Shown here piece by piece: positions 9,902 through 19,334 of a stretch of DNA of 64,000 nt. The position numbers and the translations under genes were made by a program. The notes under the pieces were generated by a model. The model saw only the letters and a list, made by a program, of their open reading frames with translations, did no database searches and was not told where the DNA came from. Source of the stretch: an uncultured Pseudomonadales bacterium (lineage in GTDB: Bacteria > Patescibacteriota > Microgenomatia > UBA1400 > PJMF01); the NCBI GenBank assembly GCA_964607285.1, contig CAZSJW010000001.1:250555-314554 (forward strand), written 5' to 3'. Numbering within the stretch: position 1 is the first letter of the stretch; every line of letters begins with the position of its first letter.

Positions 9902-11124
9902 TATTTCCCTCTGTTAGGATTATTGAGCAGCTCTGTAAGGAAACTTGAATTATAGTATGTATCGCCCAATCCGATCCCTTTTGAAGGGATGTCCATAATA
10001 TAATACATAGATGCCCACTCAATGGGCAATGACTTTCGCAGTTCTGTTATGAATGCTTCCTTTTCCATATCTACTGCATGAAATGATGGATGGTTATCTG
10101 TTTTGCATTGGGCACTATATGACAATACTCCCATCTTTGGAATAATTGTCTTCAATGTACCTGAATACTCTGTCTTTTTGCTGAAATACCTGTTCGGTGC
10201 TAAGTTTAGCGCATTGTTGTTGATACTGCTAACAACGTGAGTTAGCTCGTCCTCCTTGAGTACTACACTTGTCGGCACAAAAATATCATCAACTGACACA
10301 TCCTCTTTGCCCATATACCCAACACCTCCAACAATTCCGATCTTTGAAATATTTGGATTCAGTAGTAACAATGCCTTGAATTGTTGAGTTGTCAACTCAA
10401 CACCCCATTGCAATTGCACGATACTTATTTTTTCACCCCGATATACAACATTTATAGCACGTACATATGCAGAATCTGAATCAAGTGACTCAACCTGTAA
10501 TTGAGTGTCAATAAAAACAAAAGTAAGACCAAAACTTTCTAAGTAAAATTTTTCAATCGAATCTAAATAATTTGGATCAAAATCTTTCAATCGAGCCGTT
10601 TCAACAGCAAGCAACATTGACTCAATCTTTTCCCAAGGCATTTCGGTGTTTTCTAACAACCAAATGGCGCGAAGATAAAAAAGCACACTTTCAACCCTCC
10701 CTATGAAAACCCTATCTGATATACCCCAATGAGCACAGATAGAGGAGTAATCTGAGACTTCATTTGTTATGCAAACATCAATTGCAGAAGAATGGTTTAG
10801 GTGCTTGAAAACAATTGCTAATGAACGCATGGTATGTACTAACACATCATTACTAGCAACTTCACAATACAGTTCATCAGCCTTACCATTACGAAAATAT
10901 TTCGGTTTGAATAAATGGTTATTTATACTGTTCTGAGTCCTCATTCGGACTAAGTACTGTGGAACTCTGTCAAATAATGTGGTTTTGAAGGTAATCTTTT
11001 TAACTTTTTTCAGCTCTTCCCATATTGGTGTGAGAGAACTATGGTAATCAATGTCACCAATACTCAAAACATGATCTGACGGTAGTGGGTACATGCTAGT
11101 TAAATCACTGTTTGTTTCAGACAT
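9862..11124 (-). CDS. Protein with a C-terminal nucleoside phosphorylase/nucleosidase-like (PNP_UDP_1) fold
   Basis: IGIVGGVGY...VSVDDIFVP, AVDME and a late IMD motif, in the spacing seen in PNP/MTAN enzymes; N-terminal half unassigned. Confidence 0.55.
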   Translation of the reverse strand: MSETNSDLTSMYPLPSDHVLSIGDIDYHSSLTPIWEELKKVKKITFKTTLFDRVPQYLVRMRTQNSINNHLFKPKYFRNGKADELYCEVASNDVLVHTMRSLAIVFKHLNHSSAIDVCITNEVSDYSSICAHWGISDRVFIGRVESVLFYLRAIWLLENTEMPWEKIESMLLAVETARLKDFDPNYLDSIEKFYLESFGLTFVFIDTQLQVESLDSDSAYVRAINVVYRGEKISIVQLQWGVELTTQQFKALLLLNPNISKIGIVGGVGYMGKEDVSVDDIFVPTSVVLKEDELTHVVSSINNNALNLAPNRYFSKKTEYSGTLKTIIPKMGVLSYSAQCKTDNHPSFHAVDMEKEAFITELRKSLPIEWASMYYIMDIPSKGIGLGDTYYNSSFLTELLNNPNRGKYYCFEKIIGFLVN

Positions 11125-11230
11125 TTTTACCCCTATATGTATGTATTAAAATATATATTACGGTATCATTTATACACACCCAGTGTGTATTATACAGTAT
11201 GATTTAAAATATGGTGAATATAGGTAAGAG

Positions 11231-12079
11231 CTACATTCTCTTTCTTGCAACTAGAATCATATTTGGTGTAGATGTAAAAATCCTAATTAGTTTTTGCTTC
11301 AAAGATGCTGGGTCATTAATGTTCTTATATACTTCCTTCTCATTCGTACTAAGAACAACGTCAAATCCAAACGAATTAAGCATAACTTCCATTCCTACCT
11401 TTGTATAGGTAATAACATGTCCCTCATCTTGTAAAAACGGCGTCTTTAAACCAGCTAATCGGGCACCAAATCCGCCGACATCACCCGTATCGATTAATAA
11501 AAAGCCACCAGGACTTAGTAGTTTATTTATATGCAGCAATGCTAACTTTGGATTGGCAATATGCTCAATCACATCAGTCATAGTGATAAGGTTGATATCT
11601 GTTTCAGAAAATGGGGCTAGGACGGCTGGATCACAAATGTCACCACAAACAACTTTATCTAGTCGATTTTGCGCAATCTGGCAATCAGCCTCCGAGATTT
11701 CAATACCTGAAGAAAATTGTAGATTCAGTTGCCGTGAGATGCGGGATGCTAACATACCGATTCCACAACCAATGTCTAGCATTGAATCAATTTTCGCACC
11801 AGAATTTAAAAACTTTTGAATTAATTTAATATAGAATTCTGTATGGGCATCTCTCATCTCTTCATACGAATCAATATCAGACCACCTACGCAAGCCACCC
11901 GCATAGAAACTTTTTAATTCTTCATTTGTCGGAAGTGGATTGGCATAAATGCTACCACAAGCCGCACATTTACTCATACTGAGACCCATATTTTTTTCAA
12001 CAACGCCAATATGACTACCAGATACCGAAGCACAAACTGGGCATGAGGATTTTTCTTGTTCTGTAAGTAATCTTTTCAT
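11231..12079 (-). CDS. SAM-dependent methyltransferase with N-terminal Zn-ribbon
   Basis: CPVC...CAAC...YANPLP, MLDIGCGIG, DVIEHIANP, LLSPGG. Confidence 0.88.
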   Translation of the reverse strand: MKRLLTEQEKSSCPVCASVSGSHIGVVEKNMGLSMSKCAACGSIYANPLPTNEELKSFYAGGLRRWSDIDSYEEMRDAHTEFYIKLIQKFLNSGAKIDSMLDIGCGIGMLASRISRQLNLQFSSGIEISEADCQIAQNRLDKVVCGDICDPAVLAPFSETDINLITMTDVIEHIANPKLALLHINKLLSPGGFLLIDTGDVGGFGARLAGLKTPFLQDEGHVITYTKVGMEVMLNSFGFDVVLSTNEKEVYKNINDPASLKQKLIRIFTSTPNMILVARKRM

Positions 12080-12082
12080 CTT

Positions 12083-13489
12083 TTACTTTCTTAGTTGAAT
12101 GATAGTATACGAAATGTTGTCAACTGTAGTGGTAGAGTAGATCGTAAATCTCCCAAAAACTCTCTCGAAAATACCGATAAATTTTGTTTGGAATGATTGT
12201 TCAATTACACAAAAGCACTTTCCTTTGTTTTCAAGTTTTGACCTAATGCCTATAAAAAAGTCAAGTAAGACTGGTATATCCAAGTGATACGGTGGATTGC
12301 TTAAAATTAAATCATACTTGCCTGCTATGTCTTCTTTAATATTTCCGGCATTCAATACTTGAACTCTTTCTGATAAGCCGAGCTTTTGAACATTCTGTTC
12401 AGCAACGTCAATTGCTCGCCTACTACTATCAATCAAATCCACCTGAGCTGCAGGAAAGTATTGTGCTGCAGTACAACCGATGACTCCCCAGCCACAGCCA
12501 GCATCTAGTATTTTTTTTGGTGTATCATCATTATTTTTGAAGATTGGAAGAACAGTCTCTAAAAGATACCTAGAGCCAAGATCAAGATTATTTTTTGAAA
12601 ATAGACCATGTTCAGTCTGGTAATTTGATTCAAGTCCAAAGATAGAAACAGGAACTTGTGGAGCTGAAAGTGACTGCACCAAATCTTGATCAGATACAAT
12701 ACGTTCAGCAGCAAAAACTCTGTAACCGCCCCTACCTGTGAAAATATGTGAGAATTGCTCTGAGCCAAAAACCTCAGAAACTATTTTTGCATGACGCGGT
12801 GCCCCACTCTTATTATGGGTTACAACATACAGTTTACCCCCAATCTTTAGTGATGCATACGCCGTTAAAATATAGTCACGAATTGCATCTAATCCTACAT
12901 GGGAGGGTGGTCTGAGTATCACAACATCATACTCGCTTCCAAGTGTATTCCCAGCAACGCAAAATGCGTTGCAAATTGGCAAAGTTTCCATTGTGTCCAT
13001 ATTTGCATCTAGATTCCTCTCAATAAGCCTAGTGTTGGATTCATCATCATCATATAAATAGATGCTTGCCATAGGATTTCTAGCGGCCAACAAAATGCCC
13101 ATTGATCCATTCCCAGCGTTCAATACAAGTGCCTTGGATTTTTCAGGAATAGGGATGGTTTTTAATGCGACTTCAGTTGTTAAATCTCGACCAAAATCGG
13201 TACAGACTTTGTCTCCAGTTAAACAAGCATAAATTTTTGCTGATACATCTAATATTGAAAGTACTGGCAACTCTTTCTGCTTTCGATTAAAAATCTCGCC
13301 AGTGTTACGCTCAGTTTTATTTCTACCAGAAAACGTATCAATTGGATCAACATCAGCATCAGAACTAAAAGTGTCTTGTGTTAGCAATTCACCGTAAGTA
13401 GCATCACTAACAACCTTTTCAAAGTCGTCATCGTTCTCGAAACTCCATGTTCTACCTTTTTTTTTGTTTGTTTCAAAAAAAAGTGTCAT
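12083..13489 (-). CDS. Tandem methyltransferase-small-domain protein (RsmC/RlmG-like)
   Basis: Degenerate first domain (LVLNAGNG, LKIGGKLY); second domain GLFSKNNLDLGSRYLL, ILDAGCGWG, SNPPYH. Confidence 0.8.
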   Translation of the reverse strand: MTLFFETNKKKGRTWSFENDDDFEKVVSDATYGELLTQDTFSSDADVDPIDTFSGRNKTERNTGEIFNRKQKELPVLSILDVSAKIYACLTGDKVCTDFGRDLTTEVALKTIPIPEKSKALVLNAGNGSMGILLAARNPMASIYLYDDDESNTRLIERNLDANMDTMETLPICNAFCVAGNTLGSEYDVVILRPPSHVGLDAIRDYILTAYASLKIGGKLYVVTHNKSGAPRHAKIVSEVFGSEQFSHIFTGRGGYRVFAAERIVSDQDLVQSLSAPQVPVSIFGLESNYQTEHGLFSKNNLDLGSRYLLETVLPIFKNNDDTPKKILDAGCGWGVIGCTAAQYFPAAQVDLIDSSRRAIDVAEQNVQKLGLSERVQVLNAGNIKEDIAGKYDLILSNPPYHLDIPVLLDFFIGIRSKLENKGKCFCVIEQSFQTKFIGIFERVFGRFTIYSTTTVDNISYTIIQLRK

Positions 13490-13525
13490 ATTAAATCCTA
13501 ATTAGTTTTTATATAAGACTCGTTC

Positions 13526-13553
13526 ATTATAGTTCACATCATGAATATGTCAA
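13526..13553 (-). promoter_or_regulatory. Sigma70-type promoter for the leftward methyltransferase operon
   Basis: Minus strand TTGACA-16 nt-TATAAT, both hexamers perfect consensus. Confidence 0.75.
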
Positions 13554-13565
13554 TATAAATAATTA

Positions 13566-13593
13566 TTGCGATATTAATTTATACGTATATAAT
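13566..13593 (+). promoter_or_regulatory. Sigma70-type promoter for the rightward GT4 operon
   Basis: TTGCGA-16 nt-TATAAT. Confidence 0.65.
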
Positions 13594-13628
13594 ACACACA
13601 GTATACACAGAATTCAGTAAGTCAAGCA

Positions 13629-14900
13629 ATGTCAATTGAAAAAAAAAGAAATCTGTTATTCGTAACTAGAGACTTTAGTTACCCTGGTGGAACTGAACGC
13701 TTTTTTATTGACTTAGTGATTCATGCATCTCGATTCTCAGATTTCACTGTTCACACGCTCGATACAGAAGGCACAGGAATCTTCAACCCTGACACACATC
13801 AAGAGATGGAAAGTGCTGGAGCAAAGGTAATACGCACAAGAAATCATGGAAATCAGTTTTGGGACATATACAGAGCAAAGCAACTAGTTGATATTATCGA
13901 AAAAAGAAACATCGATATTGTCCATTCAGCACTATTTAATCCAGATTTTATAGTACTTTTAGCAAAACTTGGTTCAAAACAAGTTCGTCCATTGCTTGAG
14001 AGTTTTAGTTGCTACAAGCGTCTCCTGCAGATTTGTCCCGAGATTACGGATGCAGATGAGAACACACCTTCAACAAAATTATTTAAGTGGGTCTCCACAA
14101 AGTTTTGCTCATTCTCAGTAGCACTTGAAGAAAATACTCCTGCGTGGACAGTTCGTAAAAAAATTATTGACCACAAGCTGGAACCAATAGTCTCTACCCA
14201 TGCTGATATAAGTCAGCTTGTCTCAAGCAACCAATTTAAAAAATGGCGCAATTGGTCTGAATCTACCGAACTAACTCCCTGTTGTTCACTTGGAGAAAAG
14301 GACCTGATCTACATTGAATCATTAAAAGAACAAAGAAACCAGCTAAGATTAGAACTACATCTATCAGATGCTTGTAAAGTATTTTGTACAGCATCGCGGC
14401 TAGTCCCCGGAAAAGGATTAGAACTTCTAGTGGAGTCTTTCTTAGAACACATTCGCAACCATCCTCAAGATATATTAATAATTGCAGGCTCGGGGCAGAT
14501 TGAAGAACAACTAAAGCAAATGGCTGGCAACCATCCCAATATATTTTTTACTGGGTTTATACCGAGAGAAGAGCTCTTTAAAATTTTCATAGCTTCAGAT
14601 GTAGGACTTTTACTTTCAGAATCTGAAGGATTACCTCTGTCCATACAAGAGATGATGGGATGCTCATTGCCTGTTATTGCTACAAATGTCGGAGGTATCC
14701 CAGAGCTAGTAAACTCAAAAAATGGAATTCTAGTTGAACCAAATAATACGATACAAATAAAGCATGCCTTTAATAAAATAGTGGCATATTCAGATGAACA
14801 ACTTGCAGAGCTTGGTTCAAACTCATTAAAAAAAATTGAGCGAAATTTCATCAAAGAGCGTGTTTTTACAAAAATATTACAGTCCTATGAACAAAGCTGA
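13629..14900 (+). CDS. GT4 glycosyltransferase
   Basis: PGGTERF, ASRLVPGKG, SEGLPLSIQEMMGCSLPVIATNVGGIPE. Confidence 0.9.
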   Translation: MSIEKKRNLLFVTRDFSYPGGTERFFIDLVIHASRFSDFTVHTLDTEGTGIFNPDTHQEMESAGAKVIRTRNHGNQFWDIYRAKQLVDIIEKRNIDIVHSALFNPDFIVLLAKLGSKQVRPLLESFSCYKRLLQICPEITDADENTPSTKLFKWVSTKFCSFSVALEENTPAWTVRKKIIDHKLEPIVSTHADISQLVSSNQFKKWRNWSESTELTPCCSLGEKDLIYIESLKEQRNQLRLELHLSDACKVFCTASRLVPGKGLELLVESFLEHIRNHPQDILIIAGSGQIEEQLKQMAGNHPNIFFTGFIPREELFKIFIASDVGLLLSESEGLPLSIQEMMGCSLPVIATNVGGIPELVNSKNGILVEPNNTIQIKHAFNKIVAYSDEQLAELGSNSLKKIERNFIKERVFTKILQSYEQS

Positions 14901-15807
14901 ATCAAAAAATCACATTTTCTTTGAACCGCACAGAGATGACTTACTATTGACGTTTGGTGGCAGACTTATTGAATTGCTTGAAAAAGGTGAAAGTGTCACG
15001 AATCACCTAATCTATGGTCGTGATGGTTTCATAAGACCAGCTTTTCTAAGGAAGTTGAGTGAAAGGGATGCGGAAACCCACGCATACCTAAAAAACATTT
15101 CTCAATACACTGGAAAAGAAGAAATATACGATTGGATCGTAACAAATCTGCAGAGCCAATCCATAGATCGGCTAGATTCTGAGTCTATTACTGATATAGG
15201 CATAGCCATTCGACTTATTGAAGAGCGGGCATGCATGCAGTACCTCGGGGTACATCTGATAGAGCACGATCAACCATGTGCATACCCACTCCGTGGATAT
15301 AAAACTTTCAATGAAGACAATCCAACTGACATAGCAACTCAAACCGAACTACAATTTCATCAAATTGTCTTGCCAGCTGTTTTATCTGGAAATCTTAACA
15401 GTCAATATTACTTCTTATCAGGAATTGGTGGCCACCCTGATCACAGAATCCTTGCTGCTTCGGGAACTAAGGTTGCTCAATACACAAACAAAGATCAGTC
15501 TGTTTCTTTTGGTCAGGATTTACCCTATGCCGCAGTACTTGAGTGGTTTAGAAGATCAGACCTTGCATTGGAACAATTCGATATACAATACACCGATATA
15601 TCACACACTTTATTACAAAAAATTGATTTGCTAGAACGCTTTTACAAGTCACAGCTATCACCAGAAGATCTTCGCGTAGTAGAAATGTTTCACAGATCAA
15701 TCGTAAACTTGATGAGCAGGGAGTACTGTACGGACATACTAGCAAAACAAGGCATAGAGATTGATAAGGTTACCGCAATTGAATGCAGATATGGAACACA
15801 TGCATAA
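14887..15807 (+). CDS. PIG-L/LmbE family N-deacetylase
   Basis: EPHRDD metal-binding motif, R..EE motif, GGHPDH, DLPY; start at ATG 14887 overlapping the upstream gene. Confidence 0.82.
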   Translation: MNKAESKNHIFFEPHRDDLLLTFGGRLIELLEKGESVTNHLIYGRDGFIRPAFLRKLSERDAETHAYLKNISQYTGKEEIYDWIVTNLQSQSIDRLDSESITDIGIAIRLIEERACMQYLGVHLIEHDQPCAYPLRGYKTFNEDNPTDIATQTELQFHQIVLPAVLSGNLNSQYYFLSGIGGHPDHRILAASGTKVAQYTNKDQSVSFGQDLPYAAVLEWFRRSDLALEQFDIQYTDISHTLLQKIDLLERFYKSQLSPEDLRVVEMFHRSIVNLMSREYCTDILAKQGIEIDKVTAIECRYGTHA

Positions 15808-17059
15808 AGAACAACTTCACCTTGTGTTTCCAGGCCTGCATGCAGAGAACTTTAACAAAGATTCTGGTGGTATCCAACTGGCTGAGGTAAACTTCGCCCA
15901 ATCATACGCAGAAATGCAACTACCAATAACTACATATGTTGGTTCGAAAACTACAAGGAGTCGTAAACACTCAAGTGGTGTACAGATTGAACATGTTTCT
16001 CTTGGTCTTAACGAACCACAGGGAGGAATTACTGACTCTGAAACATTCTGCCTTTCCACTGTAACAAAGTTGGTTACAGCAACCTATGGCCAACCAGATA
16101 ACATAGTTCATTTTACAAGTGTTGGTGCCGCAATGAACTTTTTTACTGACCCAATTAATTACCTACGAAGAAAACAAGGTGGGCCCCAAACTGTATACAC
16201 GTTGCACAACTACCATTACGCAATCGCTAACAAACCATATGATGTTTTTGAGAGCTACCCAACTGAATGGCAATTTCTTCATGAACAGGAATCAAAAGTA
16301 ATATCCTCTGCAGATGCTGTCTGGGTAACAAATCCCACTATTGCTGCTGAACTGTCAAGGCGTTTCTCTCGTAATATACAGTACGCTCCAAACACCATAG
16401 GATCCATTGAAAATCATCACATAAAATCTGTAAAAACGGACTTTATGATATTCACTACTATGTGCCGTCTTGCTAAAGAAAAAAATATCAAACGAACCAT
16501 TGAAGCATTTTTATTGCACGCTAAACAACATCCCGATGCACGACTACTGGTCGCAGGTTCTGGAGAAGAAGATCAAGCACTCTGTGAGTATCTTGATTCA
16601 ATACATTGCGCTTTTACCAGGAGAGGGCAGGAATCAATCAAAAACACAATACAACTATTGAATCAATTCAAAATAATATTTTTGGGGCAAGTTAAGGCTG
16701 CTGAAAAAAGACAGGTATGGCAAGTTACTGACCAATTTATTCTTCCTTCTTTGAGAGAGGTAAGTCCCTTAGTAGGGTTAGAAGCAATGATGTATGGAAA
16801 ACCCATTATTGGCAGTGACATCCCAGGTTGGGCCGACTATAAAAATGAGGGAGCACCAGTAGCCACACCTGATCCAGCATCAACTGAATCCATTGCTGCA
16901 GCAATGGATATCATGAGTCATCTTACAACAAAAGAATTTGAAAAAACTGCTAATACTGCTAGAAGCACCTATGATAAATATCATGCCCCAAATGTTGTGG
17001 TCCCAAAAAGGCTCGAACTCTACAAACTGGTAAAAAATAATTCGCAAGCAGAATTATGA
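15800..17059 (+). CDS. GT4 glycosyltransferase
   Basis: SGGIQ, TLHN, CRLAKEKN, PSLREVSPLVGLEAMMYGKP; start uncertain (15791 or 15800). Confidence 0.85.
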   Translation: MHKEQLHLVFPGLHAENFNKDSGGIQLAEVNFAQSYAEMQLPITTYVGSKTTRSRKHSSGVQIEHVSLGLNEPQGGITDSETFCLSTVTKLVTATYGQPDNIVHFTSVGAAMNFFTDPINYLRRKQGGPQTVYTLHNYHYAIANKPYDVFESYPTEWQFLHEQESKVISSADAVWVTNPTIAAELSRRFSRNIQYAPNTIGSIENHHIKSVKTDFMIFTTMCRLAKEKNIKRTIEAFLLHAKQHPDARLLVAGSGEEDQALCEYLDSIHCAFTRRGQESIKNTIQLLNQFKIIFLGQVKAAEKRQVWQVTDQFILPSLREVSPLVGLEAMMYGKPIIGSDIPGWADYKNEGAPVATPDPASTESIAAAMDIMSHLTTKEFEKTANTARSTYDKYHAPNVVVPKRLELYKLVKNNSQAEL

Positions 17060-18186
17060 CGGAGAAGAAATATTTAAACATGAACCTAATGGCTGTTTGT
17101 GGGACAGTGTATCGCAGGGCATCTGATGAAGCTAGTTCATCAGGCTCAGATGTAGCCCTGGAACAACAATTAGATGATTTTTCACAGCATGTTGGCCAGA
17201 TATCTGCTGTATCGCTTGAAAAGACTGGTTTACCTCAAGTTGAAAAAATTGCCAAAAATATAACCGTCTATAGAGTGGCTGATGAATTGATCCCCCAAGC
17301 AATGCGCACAGTTCATGATTTACTTCACAAAGGTAGAACTGATGCAGTAATCGCTCAAGTTATGCACATGGACGTTGCCCTCAAAACTGCAAAAGATTTA
17401 CAAATCAAGACAATTTTCAATCAGCATGACTTTGACGTTTTGCCGAGCATGGGAAAGGGCGGTGAAATTGAACCTACTTTATTTCTGGCTCCAAGCCGTG
17501 CTGTTGCGGAGAGAATAGCAGAAGTGGCTGGCAAAGAAGCAATAATTTATCCAAACAGATTTGCAAATTTGCATGAAATCATAGGAAGTGACACTATTCA
17601 ACAAAAATATGACGTTCTAATGTTTAACCCAAATACGCTAAAGGGTGGCAATATATTTGTTGAACTTGCGAAACGTTTTCCTGAACTTCAGTTTGCCGCA
17701 GTTGAAGGATGGACCGATCTCAAAACCGGTGGAGTTTTTGATCTTCCTCTTATGCAAATCATGGCTCGGTCTTATAGTGGTGATGCTACTGCTGTCCAAA
17801 TCCCAGAAGAACCATCCTTTACTGACATAAAAAATCTAACTGTTTTGCAACCTCAAAAAAGGGTTGGTGACTTGATAAAGGCAGCGAGGCTGGTGCTAGC
17901 CCCTTCTCAATGGGAAGAGGCGTTCGGAAGAGTGATTGTGGATGCAGGTTTAAACAACAGACATATTATTGCTAGTAATATTGGTGGAATACCAGAGGCA
18001 ATGACTGTTGCGGGAATGCCAATTGAGACTCACCCACAACTTTTAGTGGACGATTACACAAACATTGAAGCATGGATTACCGCACTACGCTTCTTTTTAC
18101 AAAATGAGACTAAACTGCCTAAACCAGAGCCAAAATTACCAACACCAAATATTACAGCAGTCTTAGATTACCTAGTAAATAACTAA
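17056..18186 (+). CDS. GT4 glycosyltransferase
   Basis: FNPNTLKGG, APSQWEEAFGRVIVDA, SNIGGIPEA; ATGA overlap with the previous gene. Confidence 0.85.
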   Translation: MTEKKYLNMNLMAVCGTVYRRASDEASSSGSDVALEQQLDDFSQHVGQISAVSLEKTGLPQVEKIAKNITVYRVADELIPQAMRTVHDLLHKGRTDAVIAQVMHMDVALKTAKDLQIKTIFNQHDFDVLPSMGKGGEIEPTLFLAPSRAVAERIAEVAGKEAIIYPNRFANLHEIIGSDTIQQKYDVLMFNPNTLKGGNIFVELAKRFPELQFAAVEGWTDLKTGGVFDLPLMQIMARSYSGDATAVQIPEEPSFTDIKNLTVLQPQKRVGDLIKAARLVLAPSQWEEAFGRVIVDAGLNNRHIIASNIGGIPEAMTVAGMPIETHPQLLVDDYTNIEAWITALRFFLQNETKLPKPEPKLPTPNITAVLDYLVNN

Positions 18187-19265
18187 TGCAAGAAAAAATT
18201 AAGATTGGGTACGACCCAATCTACAATTACTATCCAACGCACCACGGCGAAATTATTAGAAGTACTCAAAATGACTTCGAGTGGAAGAGTATACCTGGAA
18301 TGGTTCAAAATCATTATGAGGAATCACTTCTATCCGACTCAGCAGATGAAAGAGTGCGTTTCATTAGCGGTGGGACACTTGCCGCTGATGCGTGCGATTG
18401 GGTTTTCTCACCACACATTTTGCCTCTAAATCCTGAACAAAATAATAAAGTTGCTATGGAGATAGAGGCAATTGGCTGGCTGTTTGGCGATACGTATGAG
18501 GAAGTTTCTCAACCAGTTCCACAATGGAAGATCGATATATTTTGTAGAGCTATCATGAATCCATCACTTGTAAAAATATGCTGGCAAAGCCAGTCTGCAT
18601 ACGCTCAATTTACTGAGTTTCAGGTAATCTACAAATTGCCTACTGATGTCACAGAAAAAATTATGAGTATCAGCTCGGTGTTGCTACCAGGCTCAGCCAT
18701 CACTGAGAAAAAGACACCTGACACTTCTGGTAATCACCTGCTTGCCACATGTACCACTGATAATTTCTTTAGAAAGGGGGGTGATGTTTTAGTTACACTT
18801 GTAGAGCTATTAACAAAATTGAATGTACCTCCCTGGAGTCTATCAATAGTCGGTAGCATGCCTAATGAGTTTATTAAGCGTATTTCAGCTGATAACGTAC
18901 ACATCTATCAATCAACCGATTTTAAAGGATTTCAAAAAAGACTTGATTCTGCAGATGTTTTTCTATTCCCTTCCCGTGCTGATTCATTTGGTTTAACTGC
19001 GATGGAAGCAATGAACCATGGTCTGTACGTACTATCAACAAGTGGAAAAGCCGTATTAGCTACAAAAGAGTTCCTATCAGACTATCCAAATCATCAAATT
19101 ATTGAAAGTAAGGGTCATGACGGCACTTACGATATTCTAGACGAGCAGCTTTTCTGTACTGCTGTAATTTCCTTACTTCAAAATCCTATCAAGTTGCAAA
19201 GCTTCGACTCTCCATGCAACCTTGCGAGGTTGCGAAAAGATGTGCTCTCCGTTTTTAGTAGTTGA
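18186..19265 (+). CDS. GT4 glycosyltransferase with divergent N-terminal domain
   Basis: FFRKGGD, ADVFLFPSRADSFGLTAMEAM; TAATG overlap. Confidence 0.82.
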   Translation: MQEKIKIGYDPIYNYYPTHHGEIIRSTQNDFEWKSIPGMVQNHYEESLLSDSADERVRFISGGTLAADACDWVFSPHILPLNPEQNNKVAMEIEAIGWLFGDTYEEVSQPVPQWKIDIFCRAIMNPSLVKICWQSQSAYAQFTEFQVIYKLPTDVTEKIMSISSVLLPGSAITEKKTPDTSGNHLLATCTTDNFFRKGGDVLVTLVELLTKLNVPPWSLSIVGSMPNEFIKRISADNVHIYQSTDFKGFQKRLDSADVFLFPSRADSFGLTAMEAMNHGLYVLSTSGKAVLATKEFLSDYPNHQIIESKGHDGTYDILDEQLFCTAVISLLQNPIKLQSFDSPCNLARLRKDVLSVFSS

Positions 19266-19289
19266 TTGTTTTATCAATCATTCTTTTAC

Positions 19290-19314
19290 CCTCTTTACAG
19301 AGGTTGTTTTTTTT
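19290..19314 (+). terminator. Possible weak intrinsic terminator at the island end
   Basis: CCTCT-TTAC-AGAGG followed by TTGTTTTTTTT. Confidence 0.45.
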
Positions 19315-19334
19315 GCCATACTCCATCTATTAAC

